From: Marmoricola sp.
Lineage (GTDB): Bacteria; Actinomycetota; Actinomycetes; Propionibacteriales; Nocardioidaceae
Assembly (NCBI GenBank): GCA_035699145.1
Contig: DASSBB010000076.1
Coordinates: 18,815-82,814, forward strand
Direction: 5' to 3'
DNA: 64,000 bases
Part shown: one piece after another, positions 8,591-17,738 of the stretch
Position numbering within the stretch: position 1 is the first letter of the stretch
Layout of the letters: each line of letters opens with the position of its first letter
The notes under the pieces: generated by a model
Databases searched by the model: none
What the model was told of the DNA's origin: nothing
Seen by the model: only the letters and a program-made list of their open reading frames with translations
Translations under genes and position numbers: made by a program

Positions 8591-9931
8591 ATGACCCTCG
8601 AACCCTCAGGCAGAACGCTGGACCCACGCGTCATGGCGCGGCTCTCCAAGGTGACCTTGACCGGCATGGAGAAGTCGATGCCGCACAGAGCCGCGGGGCA
8701 CGACGTCGGAGGCTTCCTGGCGTCCTCGCCCCGGCTCTCGGAGTTCAGCACACCGCTTCTCGTGCTGACCGACCTCGAGCTGGAGCACAACCTCACCGTG
8801 ATGTCGGAATGGTGCGCCGGGCGGGGCCTCGGCCTCGCGCCGCATGGGAAGACGACGATGGCCCCGGCGCTGTGGGAGCGGCAGCTCGCAGCCGGGGCCT
8901 GGGGCATCTCGCTCGCCACGCCGAGCCAGCTACGGGTGGCCGTGGAGTTCGGCGTCCGCCGGATCCAGCTGGCCAACGCCCTGGTCGACCCGCCGTCGCT
9001 GAGGTGGGTGAGCAGCCGCCTCGACGACGACCCCGAGCTACAGATCCTCAGCTGGGTGGACTCGCCGGAGACCGTGGCGGCCATGGAAGGCGTGCTCGCG
9101 GAGCTCTCGCCCCAGCGTCCACTGACCGTGCTGATCGAGCTCGGCGCGCCGGGTGGACGCACCGGAGCCCGGACCGTGGAAGAAGCGAAGCACGTCGCGA
9201 GGGCGGTCTCGTCGAGCCGCTGGCTGCGCCTGGCCGGCGTCAGCGGCTACGAGGGCGCGCTGGCGCACGATGCGTCGGACGCCGGACTGCACGCCGTACG
9301 TGGATACCTGGAACAGCTCGCGGCGCTGCACCGGTCGCTGCTGGCGGACGGCGAGTACGCCGGCGTCGACGACCTCGTCGTGACGGCCGGCGGGAGCGCC
9401 TACTTCGACGAGGTCGCCGACGCGCTCGGCCCGCTCGCCGACCCAGAAGGCGCATCGGGTCCGCGCTGCTCGGTCCTCCTGCGCTCCGGCGCCTACATCA
9501 TCCACGACGACGGCTTCTACCGGATGATTTCTCCCCTGGGCCGCACTCCTGGACAGACTCCCCTCCGCTCGGCCATGCACGCCTGGGCGCGCGTGGTGTC
9601 CCGCCCCCAGCCCGGTCTCGCCCTCCTGGACGCCGGGAAGCGCGACGTACCGTTCGACGAGGGACTCCCGGAGCCTCAGCTGTACGCCGACCAGCTGGGA
9701 TCCCCGACCAAGCCCCTCACCGGTGCCCGCGTCACCGCGGTGAACGACCAGCACGCATTCCTCGAGCTCGATCCCGACGGCTCGGGTGCCGACCTCCGCG
9801 TGGGCCAGGTCGTCCGGCTCGGCCTCTCCCACCCGTGCACGGCGTTCGACAAGTGGCGGATGATCCCCGTGCTACCCGACAGCGACGGGGACGACCCCGT
9901 GGTCGTCGACCTTGTCCAGACCTTCTTCTGA
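8591..9931 (+). CDS. PLP-dependent amino acid deaminase/dehydratase of the alanine-racemase-fold (D-serine dehydratase-like, DSD1/D-threonine aldolase) family
   Basis: 446 aa. GLAPHGKTTMAP holds the PLP-lysine context. The architecture is an N-terminal racemase-like barrel plus a C-terminal beta domain (LGLSHPCTAFDKW). A GGAAGG RBS precedes ATG 8591. Confidence 0.65.
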   Translation: MTLEPSGRTLDPRVMARLSKVTLTGMEKSMPHRAAGHDVGGFLASSPRLSEFSTPLLVLTDLELEHNLTVMSEWCAGRGLGLAPHGKTTMAPALWERQLAAGAWGISLATPSQLRVAVEFGVRRIQLANALVDPPSLRWVSSRLDDDPELQILSWVDSPETVAAMEGVLAELSPQRPLTVLIELGAPGGRTGARTVEEAKHVARAVSSSRWLRLAGVSGYEGALAHDASDAGLHAVRGYLEQLAALHRSLLADGEYAGVDDLVVTAGGSAYFDEVADALGPLADPEGASGPRCSVLLRSGAYIIHDDGFYRMISPLGRTPGQTPLRSAMHAWARVVSRPQPGLALLDAGKRDVPFDEGLPEPQLYADQLGSPTKPLTGARVTAVNDQHAFLELDPDGSGADLRVGQVVRLGLSHPCTAFDKWRMIPVLPDSDGDDPVVVDLVQTFF

Positions 9932-9944
9932 GCAGGGAGCACAG

Positions 9945-11552
9945 ATGCGCACCCTCATCCTGGCCGCGACCGTGGTCGACGGCACCGAGGCACCGAGGTA
10001 CGTCGCCGATGTCCTGGTCGACGGCGACCGGATCGCCGACATCCGCCCGGGCGGAGGCGCGGTTCCCCAGGCCGACCGCGTCATCGAGGCCGACGGCCTC
10101 GTCCTGACGCCAGGGTTCATCGACATGCACGCACACTCAGACCTGCAGCTGCTGCTGGATCCTGCGCACCTGGCCAAGGTGAGCCAGGGCGTCACCACGG
10201 AGCTCCTGGGTCAGGACGGGCTCTCCTATGCGCCCGTCGACGACGTCACGCTCGGCAAGGTGCGCAAGAAGATCGCCGGCTGGAACACCGACCCGGCCGA
10301 CTTCGACTTCTCGTGGCGGTCGATCGGTGAGTACCTCGACCGTCTCGACCAGGGCATCGCCACCAACGCGGCCTACCTGGTCCCGCACGGCGTCGTCCGC
10401 GCGCTCGTCGTGGGCTGGGACGACGTTCCCGCGAGCGACACCCAGATTCAGGAGATGCAAGAAGTCATCTCCGACGGCATGCTGCAGGGCGCCGTCGGCC
10501 TCTCGATGGGGCTGACCTATACCCCGGGGATGTACGCCGACCGGTCCGAGCTGGTCGCACTGTGCCGTACGGTCGCCTCGCTCGGCGGGTTCTTCGCACC
10601 TCACCACCGTTCGTACGGCAAGGGCGCCCTCGAGGCGTACGCCGAGATGGTCGACGTCGCTCGGGAGTCCGGGTGTGCGTTGCACCTGTCGCACGCGACC
10701 ATGAACTTCGCGCCTAACAAGGGCCGCGCCCCGGAGCTGCTCGCGCTCATCGACGAGGCGGTCGCGGACGGTGTCGACGTCAGCCTCGACACCTACCCCT
10801 ACCTTCCGGGCGCGACCACGCTGTCCGCCGTCCTGCCGAGCTGGGCCTCGGCGGGCGGCCTCGAGCCGACGCTGGACCGGCTGCGCGACCCCGCCAGCCT
10901 CGCCAGGATCCGGCAGGACCTGGAGGTCAACGGCTCCGACGGCTGCCATGGCGTGGTGGCCGAGTGGGACACGATCGAGCTCAGCGGCGTGACGCACGAG
11001 GAGCTTCACGACCTGGTCGGGCGCACGATCGCCGAGATCGCCGCGGAGGACGGTCGCGAGCCGTTCGAGGTGTTCGTCGACGTCCTGGTCCGTGACGAGC
11101 TCGCGACGGGGATCCTCCAGCACGTCGGTCACGAGGAGAACGTGCGCGCGATCATGCAGCACAGCCGGCACACCGGCGGGAGCGACGGTCTGCTGGTCGG
11201 GGCGAAGCCGCACCCGCGAGCCTGGGGCACGTTCCCGCGGTACCTCGGCCACTACACCAGGGACCTCGGCCTGTTCTCGCTCGAGGAGTGCGTCGGGCAC
11301 CTCACCGGCCGGGCGGCCCGCCGGCTGGGGCTGCGGGACCGCGGGCTGGTCAGGACCGGGTACGCCGCCGACCTGGTCCTGCTCGACCCGGGCACGGTCG
11401 CCGACACCGCCACCTTCGAGCGTCCGAGGCAGCCGGCAGCGGGCATCCGCCACGTCTTCGTCAACGGTGAGCCGGCGATCGAGGAGGGGCGGCGCACCGA
11501 GGCCGTCGCCGGTCGGGCGCTGCGCCGGGTCTCCGAAGGGACGGTCGTGTGA
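9945..11552 (+). CDS. N-acyl-D-amino-acid deacylase (D-aminoacylase) family amidohydrolase
   Basis: ATG 9945 with a GGGAG RBS. Carries VLVDGDRIADI, then the metal motif GFIDMHAHSD, and a typical D-aminoacylase C-terminus (DLVLLDP...ATFERP...GIRHVFVNG). Confidence 0.8.
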   Translation: MRTLILAATVVDGTEAPRYVADVLVDGDRIADIRPGGGAVPQADRVIEADGLVLTPGFIDMHAHSDLQLLLDPAHLAKVSQGVTTELLGQDGLSYAPVDDVTLGKVRKKIAGWNTDPADFDFSWRSIGEYLDRLDQGIATNAAYLVPHGVVRALVVGWDDVPASDTQIQEMQEVISDGMLQGAVGLSMGLTYTPGMYADRSELVALCRTVASLGGFFAPHHRSYGKGALEAYAEMVDVARESGCALHLSHATMNFAPNKGRAPELLALIDEAVADGVDVSLDTYPYLPGATTLSAVLPSWASAGGLEPTLDRLRDPASLARIRQDLEVNGSDGCHGVVAEWDTIELSGVTHEELHDLVGRTIAEIAAEDGREPFEVFVDVLVRDELATGILQHVGHEENVRAIMQHSRHTGGSDGLLVGAKPHPRAWGTFPRYLGHYTRDLGLFSLEECVGHLTGRAARRLGLRDRGLVRTGYAADLVLLDPGTVADTATFERPRQPAAGIRHVFVNGEPAIEEGRRTEAVAGRALRRVSEGTVV

Positions 11553-12205
11553 ACACTCAAGCCACGAGCCTTCTCGACGTGCTGCGCGAGGACCGCGTGC
11601 TCAGCGTCGTACGTGCCGACCGGATTCCCGACGCCGCCGAGCTGTGCCGTGCGCTCACGGCGGGCGGGATCCGCATCGTGGAGCTGACGTTCACGACGCC
11701 GGACGTGCTGACCCACGTGCGGCGGGCGGCCGCGGCCGCCGACAGCACCGGGGCGGTCGTCGGCGTGGGCACCGTGATGACCGCGGCCCAAGCCGGTGCC
11801 GCCATCGATGCCGGGGCGCGGTTCCTGGTCACCCCCGGCCTGCGCCCCGACGTGGCGAAGGAGGCGGTCAGGCGAGGTGTCCCGGTGTTCCTCGGCGCCT
11901 TCACGCCGTCCGAGGTGGCGCAAGCGGTCGACCTCGGCTCGGCAGCGGTCAAGATCTTCCCCGCCGGCCAGCTGGGCCCGAAGTACCTCAAGGACCTGCA
12001 CGGCCCCTACCCCGACGTGTCCCTGCTGCCCTCAGGCGGGATCAGCGAGGAGAACGCCCCGTCGTTCCTCGACGCCGGCGCGCTCGCAGTCTGCGCCGGC
12101 ACCAGCGTCGTCCCTCCCGCCTCCGTCGCCTCCGCTGCATGGCATGACGTCACCGACCGGGCCCGCCGGTTCGTGGCCGCACTGACCCCCCCTCCAGGCC
12201 GATAG
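11549..12205 (+). CDS. eda: 2-dehydro-3-deoxyphosphogluconate (KDPG) / 4-hydroxy-2-oxoglutarate aldolase
   Basis: 218 aa. Carries IVELTFTTP, GVGTV and the catalytic Lys context AVKIFPA. The GTG start overlaps the previous stop (GTGTGA). Confidence 0.8.
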   Translation: MNTQATSLLDVLREDRVLSVVRADRIPDAAELCRALTAGGIRIVELTFTTPDVLTHVRRAAAAADSTGAVVGVGTVMTAAQAGAAIDAGARFLVTPGLRPDVAKEAVRRGVPVFLGAFTPSEVAQAVDLGSAAVKIFPAGQLGPKYLKDLHGPYPDVSLLPSGGISEENAPSFLDAGALAVCAGTSVVPPASVASAAWHDVTDRARRFVAALTPPPGR

Positions 12206-12216
12206 GAGCCACACCC

Positions 12217-13773
12217 ATGGGAACCTTCGTCGACTGGCTGCAGAACGACACAGCCGGCTTGCTCACTCTCGCTGCGCTCAGCATCGTGGTGCTGCTCGTT
12301 GCCATCATCCGGTTCAAGATCGAACCCTTCATCGTGCTGCTCATCGTCGGCATCCTCGTCGCCCTCGCAGCGGGCTTGCCCATCGTCGACCTCGTCGGGA
12401 CGCCCACCACCGCGGGCGAGTCGCTCCTCGAAGTCGGGTTCGCCGGCATCCTCGGCCACATCACACTGATCATCGGGCTCGGCACCGTGCTCGGCGCGAT
12501 CATGGAGCGCTCCGGCGGCGCCGACGTACTCACCAGCAAGCTGCTGCACCTTTTCGGGCCCAAGGGCGCCCCGCTCGCGATGGGCCTGACCGGCCTCATC
12601 CTGGGCATCCCCGTCTTCTTCGACATCGGCATCTTCGTGCTCGCCCCCCTCGTCTACGTGGCCGCCAAGCGCGGCGGCCGGTCGCTGGTCCTCTACGCGA
12701 TGCCGATGCTCGCCGGCCTGTCGGTCACCCACGCGTTCCTGCCGCCCCACCCTGGCCCTGTCGCTGCCAGCGGGCTGCTCGGCGTGAGCCTGGGGTGGAT
12801 CATCGTCATCGGTGCCGTCTGCGGAATCCCGGCATGGTTGGTCGCAGGCGTCTGGTGGGGCTCCTTCATCGGCAAGCGGGTGCACATCGAGGTGCCGGAC
12901 GAGTTCATCTCTGCCGAGCTCGAAGGGCACCAGTCTGAGGTCTTCGATGGGCATGACGGAGGGCTGACCAGCGACGACCCGTCCGCAGCCGGTCGAGCCG
13001 AGTCCGCCCGCCCGACCCCCGGGGCAAGCCGCTCGATGGTCCTCGATGACACCGCGGAGCCGGTCCGCGATCCCGTGACCACGTCCCGGACCGCACTACC
13101 GCCCCCATCGCTCGGCCTGGTCGCGCTCGTGATCCTGGTCCCGATGGTGCTGATCCTCGGGGCGACCGTCGGGAGCGTCACGCTGGACGACGGCTCGGAC
13201 CTGCGTCAGCTGCTGATCTTCCTCGGCACACCGGCGATCGCGCTCACCATCGCCGTTCTGCTCGCGCTGTGGCTGCTCGGCACGCGCCGCGGCATGACCA
13301 CGACCGAGCTCGGCCACATCAGCGGAGAGTCCCTCAGGCCGATCGGGATGATCCTCCTCGTCGTCGGTGCGGGAGCCTTCTACGGCGCCGTCCTCCGCGC
13401 CACCGGCATCGGGGACGCGGTCGCCAGCTCGATGGAGGCCGGGGGGCTCCCCGTCATCCTGTCGGCGTACCTCATCAGCTGCGCACTACGGCTTGCCCAA
13501 GGCTCTGCCACGGTCGCCATCGTGACCACGGCCGGCATCATCCAGCCCGTGCTCGAGGGGACCAGCTACTCGCAGGCGCAGATCGCGGTCATCGTGATCG
13601 CTATCTCGGCCGGCTCGATCATCGCCAGCCACGTCAACGACGGCGGCTTCTGGATCATCGCCAAGTACTTCAACATGTCGGTCAAGGAGACCCTGCTGAC
13701 GTGGACGGTCCTGGAGACCATCCTGTCGGTCGTGGGGTTCCTTGCGGCCTCGGTGGTCTGGCTCATCGTCTAG
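12217..13773 (+). CDS. GntP family (gluconate:H+ symporter-like) permease
   Basis: 518 aa, polytopic. The conserved GntP C-terminal block is SHVNDGGFWIIAKYFNMSVKETL. It has an unusually long hydrophilic central loop (residues ~235-295). A TAGGAG RBS is present. Confidence 0.8.
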   Translation: MGTFVDWLQNDTAGLLTLAALSIVVLLVAIIRFKIEPFIVLLIVGILVALAAGLPIVDLVGTPTTAGESLLEVGFAGILGHITLIIGLGTVLGAIMERSGGADVLTSKLLHLFGPKGAPLAMGLTGLILGIPVFFDIGIFVLAPLVYVAAKRGGRSLVLYAMPMLAGLSVTHAFLPPHPGPVAASGLLGVSLGWIIVIGAVCGIPAWLVAGVWWGSFIGKRVHIEVPDEFISAELEGHQSEVFDGHDGGLTSDDPSAAGRAESARPTPGASRSMVLDDTAEPVRDPVTTSRTALPPPSLGLVALVILVPMVLILGATVGSVTLDDGSDLRQLLIFLGTPAIALTIAVLLALWLLGTRRGMTTTELGHISGESLRPIGMILLVVGAGAFYGAVLRATGIGDAVASSMEAGGLPVILSAYLISCALRLAQGSATVAIVTTAGIIQPVLEGTSYSQAQIAVIVIAISAGSIIASHVNDGGFWIIAKYFNMSVKETLLTWTVLETILSVVGFLAASVVWLIV

Positions 13774-13918
13774 TCATCAGCTCCACGGAGACTCAGCCGC
13801 GCGGCACCAGCCCCCTCCATGATGCGTCGCCGTCTTGGCCATGCTGGTGTGCGTCGAGACGCTGAACGCCAGAGGTTCGACGAGCAGGATGGCCCGGGAC
13901 CTCACGTCGCACGGAAGG

Positions 13919-14569
13919 CTAGGACTCCACGAGGGCCACGAGGGAATGCAGGTCCTTGAAGACGTCGGTGACCCCCGCCGTTCTCAGTGCGTCCGCGGGC
14001 CAGGTGGTGGTCACGCCGTAGACGCGGCCCACCTCTGCGGCAACCGCGGCAGCCACGCCGGCCGGAGAGTCTTCCACCGCGATCGCGTGCTCAGGCGCTG
14101 CGTTCAGCAGTTCACACGCATGGCGGTAGCACATGGGGTCGGGCTTCCCGTCCCTGACGTCGTCGGCCGTGACGACAACCTCCACGAATTGACGTACTCC
14201 CAGCGAATCCATGGTGAGCTCAGCCCAGTCGAGAGTCGCAGAGGTGACGATCGCCACCCGGACTCCCGCGGCGGCGGCAGCCGTGATCAGCTCCGCCCCG
14301 CCGGAAACAGGCGGGGGGCGGACATCGGGATCGACATGAGCGACCACTGCATCGCGAAGGACCGCCGGGTCCTCACCCACCCAGGGCCCCGGGTCGGTTG
14401 CGAAGACATCCTCGGCTCGACGACCCGTGAACCTGCTGAGCAGCGCCTCGTCGTAGGGCCACCCCCGCCGGGCGAAGTACGCGCGGTAGGCCGCGCGATG
14501 CATCTGCTCGGAGTCGATCAACGTGCCATCAAGGTCCAGGAGCAGCGCGGATGTCGTCATCGCCCACAC
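13919..14569 (-). CDS. HAD superfamily hydrolase (beta-phosphoglucomutase-like subfamily IA)
   Basis: Motif I is LLDLDGTLIDSE, motif II is VTSA, and motifs III/IV are GKPDP...AVEDSPAG. Confidence 0.8.
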   Translation of the reverse strand: MWAMTTSALLLDLDGTLIDSEQMHRAAYRAYFARRGWPYDEALLSRFTGRRAEDVFATDPGPWVGEDPAVLRDAVVAHVDPDVRPPPVSGGAELITAAAAAGVRVAIVTSATLDWAELTMDSLGVRQFVEVVVTADDVRDGKPDPMCYRHACELLNAAPEHAIAVEDSPAGVAAAVAAEVGRVYGVTTTWPADALRTAGVTDVFKDLHSLVALVES

Positions 14570-14782
14570 AACCCCTCGCGATCGCGGAGGCTACCATCGT
14601 CGGCGCTCAGGCCCGGATGGATGATGGCGCCACCTCCGTTCTTCTGGTCGCCCTTCCTCGACAGATTGCCACACTTTTCTCCGTCGGATACCCGCTCAGG
14701 GGGGCAGGACATGGCCGTCGGCCCGTGCCAGGATGGCCGAAGCGGGCCCATGTCACCCGATGGCACAACCCAGGAGGACCGA

Positions 14783-16915
14783 ATGAGCTCCACCACGGTG
14801 ACGTCGAAGAGGTCGGGGCTGCGGGTGCCCGGCTTCGCCCAGCTGCAGCGTTTCGGCAAGAGCCTCATGCTGCCGATCGCGCTGCTCCCCGCTGCCGGCA
14901 TCCTGTTGCGGCTCGGTCAGGACGACCTGCTGGGCGACATCGACACCCCGGTCATCGGACCGTTCTTCGACGCGATGACGGCGGCGGGTGGCGCGATCTT
15001 CGCGAACCTGCCCCTGCTGTTCGCCGTCGGGGTGGCGATCGGCATGGCCAAGAAGGCCGACGGGTCCACCGCCCTCTCCGCGGTCGCCGGATACCTCGTG
15101 ATCGACGCGGTCTTCGACGCCATGTCACCGATCGTCCTGGCAGGCGAGGTCGACACGGCAGGCAACCAGCTGCTGATCAACTACAGCGTCTTCGCCGGCA
15201 TCGCGGTCGGCCTGGTGACAGCGGTGTTGTACGACCGGTACCACACCATCGAGCTGCCGGCGTACCTCGGCTTCTTCGGCGGCCGTCGTTTCGTCCCCAT
15301 CGTCGTGTCCCTGGCCACCCTGTTCCTGGGCTTCGTCCTGAGCTACCTCTACCCGCTCTTCGAGAACGGTCTGACCTCGACGGGCGAGTTCATCGGCGCG
15401 TCGGGTGCCTTCGGCGCCTTCCTCTACGGGTTCATCAACCGGATGTTGATCCCGCTCGGCTTGCACCACATCGTCAACACCTACGTGTGGTTCATCTACG
15501 GCGACTATGAGACCGCGGACGGCGTGGTCACCGGCGAGCTCACCCGGTTCGCCTCCGGCGACGTCGCTGCGGGCCAGCTCACCTCAGGGTTCTACCCGAT
15601 CCTGATGTTCGGACTTCCCGGCGCCGCGCTGGCCATGATCCACGTCGCCAGGCCCAGGCAGAAGAAGGTCGCTATCGGGATCCTGTCGGCTGCCGCGCTC
15701 ACCGCCTTCGTCACCGGGATCACCGAACCGCTCGAGTTCGCGTTCATGTTCGTGGCGTTCCCGCTGTACGTCATCCATGCGCTCCTGACTGGCGTGTCAC
15801 TGGCGGTGGCCTACATGCTGGACATCCACCTCGGCTTCTCGTTCTCCGCGGGGCTCATCGACCTCATCCTCTACGGCACGGCACCCGCGGCCCAGAACGT
15901 TCCGCTGCTCATCGCGATGGGGTTGGTCTTCTTCGCCCTGTACTACGTGTTGTTCCGGTTCGCGATCGTGCGGTGGAACATGCGCACGCCCGGACGCGAG
16001 CCCGACGAGGAGTTCGAGGCCGAACAGGCTGCCAACCTGTCTGACCCGTCCGGTGGCCGGACGACCACCGGCGCCGTAGGAGCACCCCAGCACAAGGCCG
16101 AGCAGCTGATCGCCGCCTTCGGTGGCCGGGACAACCTCCTCAACGTCGACGCTTGCATCACCCGCCTGCGGATCGAGGTCGCCGACAAGGCCCAGGTCAA
16201 CCAGTCGCGGCTCAAGGCACTGGGCGCTGCGGGCGTGATCGAGGTGGGAAACAACGTCCAGGCTGTTTTCGGTACCCAGGCCGACGCCCTGAAGAGCGAC
16301 ATCAACAGCGTGCTGGCGGGTACGCCCCCGGAACAGCTCAACAGCACCGCCGAGACGGCGGCGGCCACGGCGGCCAGCACCGCTACAGCTGACGTCGCAG
16401 CCGCCGCGCATCCTGCGGCGCAGGCTCCGCGATCAGTGGTTGCTCCGGTCCCGGGCCGGCTCGTGGCGCTGGAGAACGTCCCCGATGCGACCTTCGCGAA
16501 AGGGATCGTCGGGGCGGGTCTGGCGATCGACCCGCCGCGAGCGGTCGTGGACGCGGTCGCACCCGTCAGCGGCGAAGTCATGAAGCTGTGGCCGCACGCC
16601 TACGTGATCATGACCTCCGACAAGGTGGGGGTCCTCGTGCACCTGGGGCTGGACACCGTCCAGCTCAACGGTGAAGGGTTCACCGTACTCGTCGAGGAGG
16701 GCGGCCAGGTGGAGGTCGGCCAACCGATGATCACCTACGACGTTCCCAGGGTCGAGGCGACCGGCCGTGATCCGGTCATCCCGATCGTGGTGATGGACAA
16801 GAAGGCCACCATCGACATGATCGCGACACCGGAGACACAAGTGGCGGTTCTCGACGAGATCTTCACCGTCTTGCCTGCTGCCAGCGCTACTGGCGCGACG
16901 AAACCCGAGCAGTAG
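14783..16915 (+). CDS. nagE: PTS N-acetylglucosamine/glucose family EIICBA component
   Basis: ATG 14783 with an AGGAGG RBS. Domains are an EIIC membrane domain, an EIIB Cys site (NVDACITRLRIEV), an Ala/Pro linker, and an EIIA His region (VLVHLGLDTVQLNGEGF). It is followed directly by nagB and nagA. Confidence 0.85.
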   Translation: MSSTTVTSKRSGLRVPGFAQLQRFGKSLMLPIALLPAAGILLRLGQDDLLGDIDTPVIGPFFDAMTAAGGAIFANLPLLFAVGVAIGMAKKADGSTALSAVAGYLVIDAVFDAMSPIVLAGEVDTAGNQLLINYSVFAGIAVGLVTAVLYDRYHTIELPAYLGFFGGRRFVPIVVSLATLFLGFVLSYLYPLFENGLTSTGEFIGASGAFGAFLYGFINRMLIPLGLHHIVNTYVWFIYGDYETADGVVTGELTRFASGDVAAGQLTSGFYPILMFGLPGAALAMIHVARPRQKKVAIGILSAAALTAFVTGITEPLEFAFMFVAFPLYVIHALLTGVSLAVAYMLDIHLGFSFSAGLIDLILYGTAPAAQNVPLLIAMGLVFFALYYVLFRFAIVRWNMRTPGREPDEEFEAEQAANLSDPSGGRTTTGAVGAPQHKAEQLIAAFGGRDNLLNVDACITRLRIEVADKAQVNQSRLKALGAAGVIEVGNNVQAVFGTQADALKSDINSVLAGTPPEQLNSTAETAAATAASTATADVAAAAHPAAQAPRSVVAPVPGRLVALENVPDATFAKGIVGAGLAIDPPRAVVDAVAPVSGEVMKLWPHAYVIMTSDKVGVLVHLGLDTVQLNGEGFTVLVEEGGQVEVGQPMITYDVPRVEATGRDPVIPIVVMDKKATIDMIATPETQVAVLDEIFTVLPAASATGATKPEQ

Positions 16916-16924
16916 GAGACCACG

Positions 16925-17710
16925 ATGGAAGTCGTCATCCTCGACGGAGCGGAGGCGATCGGGAAACTGGCCGCGGACGCCGTTGCCGACCTCCTGGGAC
17001 ACAGGCCGGACGCGGTGCTCGGTCTGGCGACCGGCTCATCCCCCCTGGCGGTCTACGACGAGCTGGCGCGGCGCTGTGCGGCTGGAGAGGTGTCCTTTGC
17101 GGGTGCCCGCGGGTTCACCCTCGACGAGTACGTCGGGCTCGAGGCCACCCACCCGGAGCGCTACCGCAACGTCATCGACAAGGACTTCGTCTCCCGAGTC
17201 GACTTCGTACCGGGGGCGGTCCAAGGTCCCGACGGGCTGGCGGAGGACATCCCGGCTGCATGCGCGGCGTACGAGGAGGCCATCGCCGAGGCAGGCGCGG
17301 TGGACCTGCAGATCCTGGGGATAGGGACCGATGGGCACATCGGCTTCAACGAGCCGGGCTCCTCGTTGGCGTCGCGGACCCGGATCAAGACTCTGACGCA
17401 GCAGACGCGGCTCGACAACGCCCGGTTCTTCGACGGCGATCTCGAGGCGGTCCCCACCCACTGCCTCACCCAGGGGCTGGCCACGATCATGTCGGCTCGC
17501 CACGTGCTGCTCGTTGCGACCGGTCAGGGGAAGGCCGAAGCGGTGCACCACCTGGTCGAAGGAGCGGTGAGCGCACTGTGGCCGGCGACCATCCTGCAGC
17601 ACCACCCGCACGCCACCGTGCTGTTGGACGAGGCGGCCGCGGGTCGATTGCAGCTGGCTTCGTACTACCGGGACACCTTCCGTGGGAAGCCTGCGTGGCA
17701 AGGCATCTGA
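16925..17710 (+). CDS. nagB: Glucosamine-6-phosphate deaminase
   Basis: 261 aa. Carries GLATGSSP and ILGIGTDGHIGFNEPGS, the NagB signatures. Confidence 0.9.
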   Translation: MEVVILDGAEAIGKLAADAVADLLGHRPDAVLGLATGSSPLAVYDELARRCAAGEVSFAGARGFTLDEYVGLEATHPERYRNVIDKDFVSRVDFVPGAVQGPDGLAEDIPAACAAYEEAIAEAGAVDLQILGIGTDGHIGFNEPGSSLASRTRIKTLTQQTRLDNARFFDGDLEAVPTHCLTQGLATIMSARHVLLVATGQGKAEAVHHLVEGAVSALWPATILQHHPHATVLLDEAAAGRLQLASYYRDTFRGKPAWQGI

Positions 17711-17738
17711 GGGGCATCCGAAGGGTTCCGGGCCGGGT

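Noticed and set aside
14570-14782. A DasR/NagR-type dre operator (ACTGGTCTAGACCACT-like palindrome) upstream of the GlcNAc PTS gene.
   Set aside because: I read the 213-nt region on both strands and found no convincing match, only a non-palindromic TGGTCGCC fragment. No regulator site is called.
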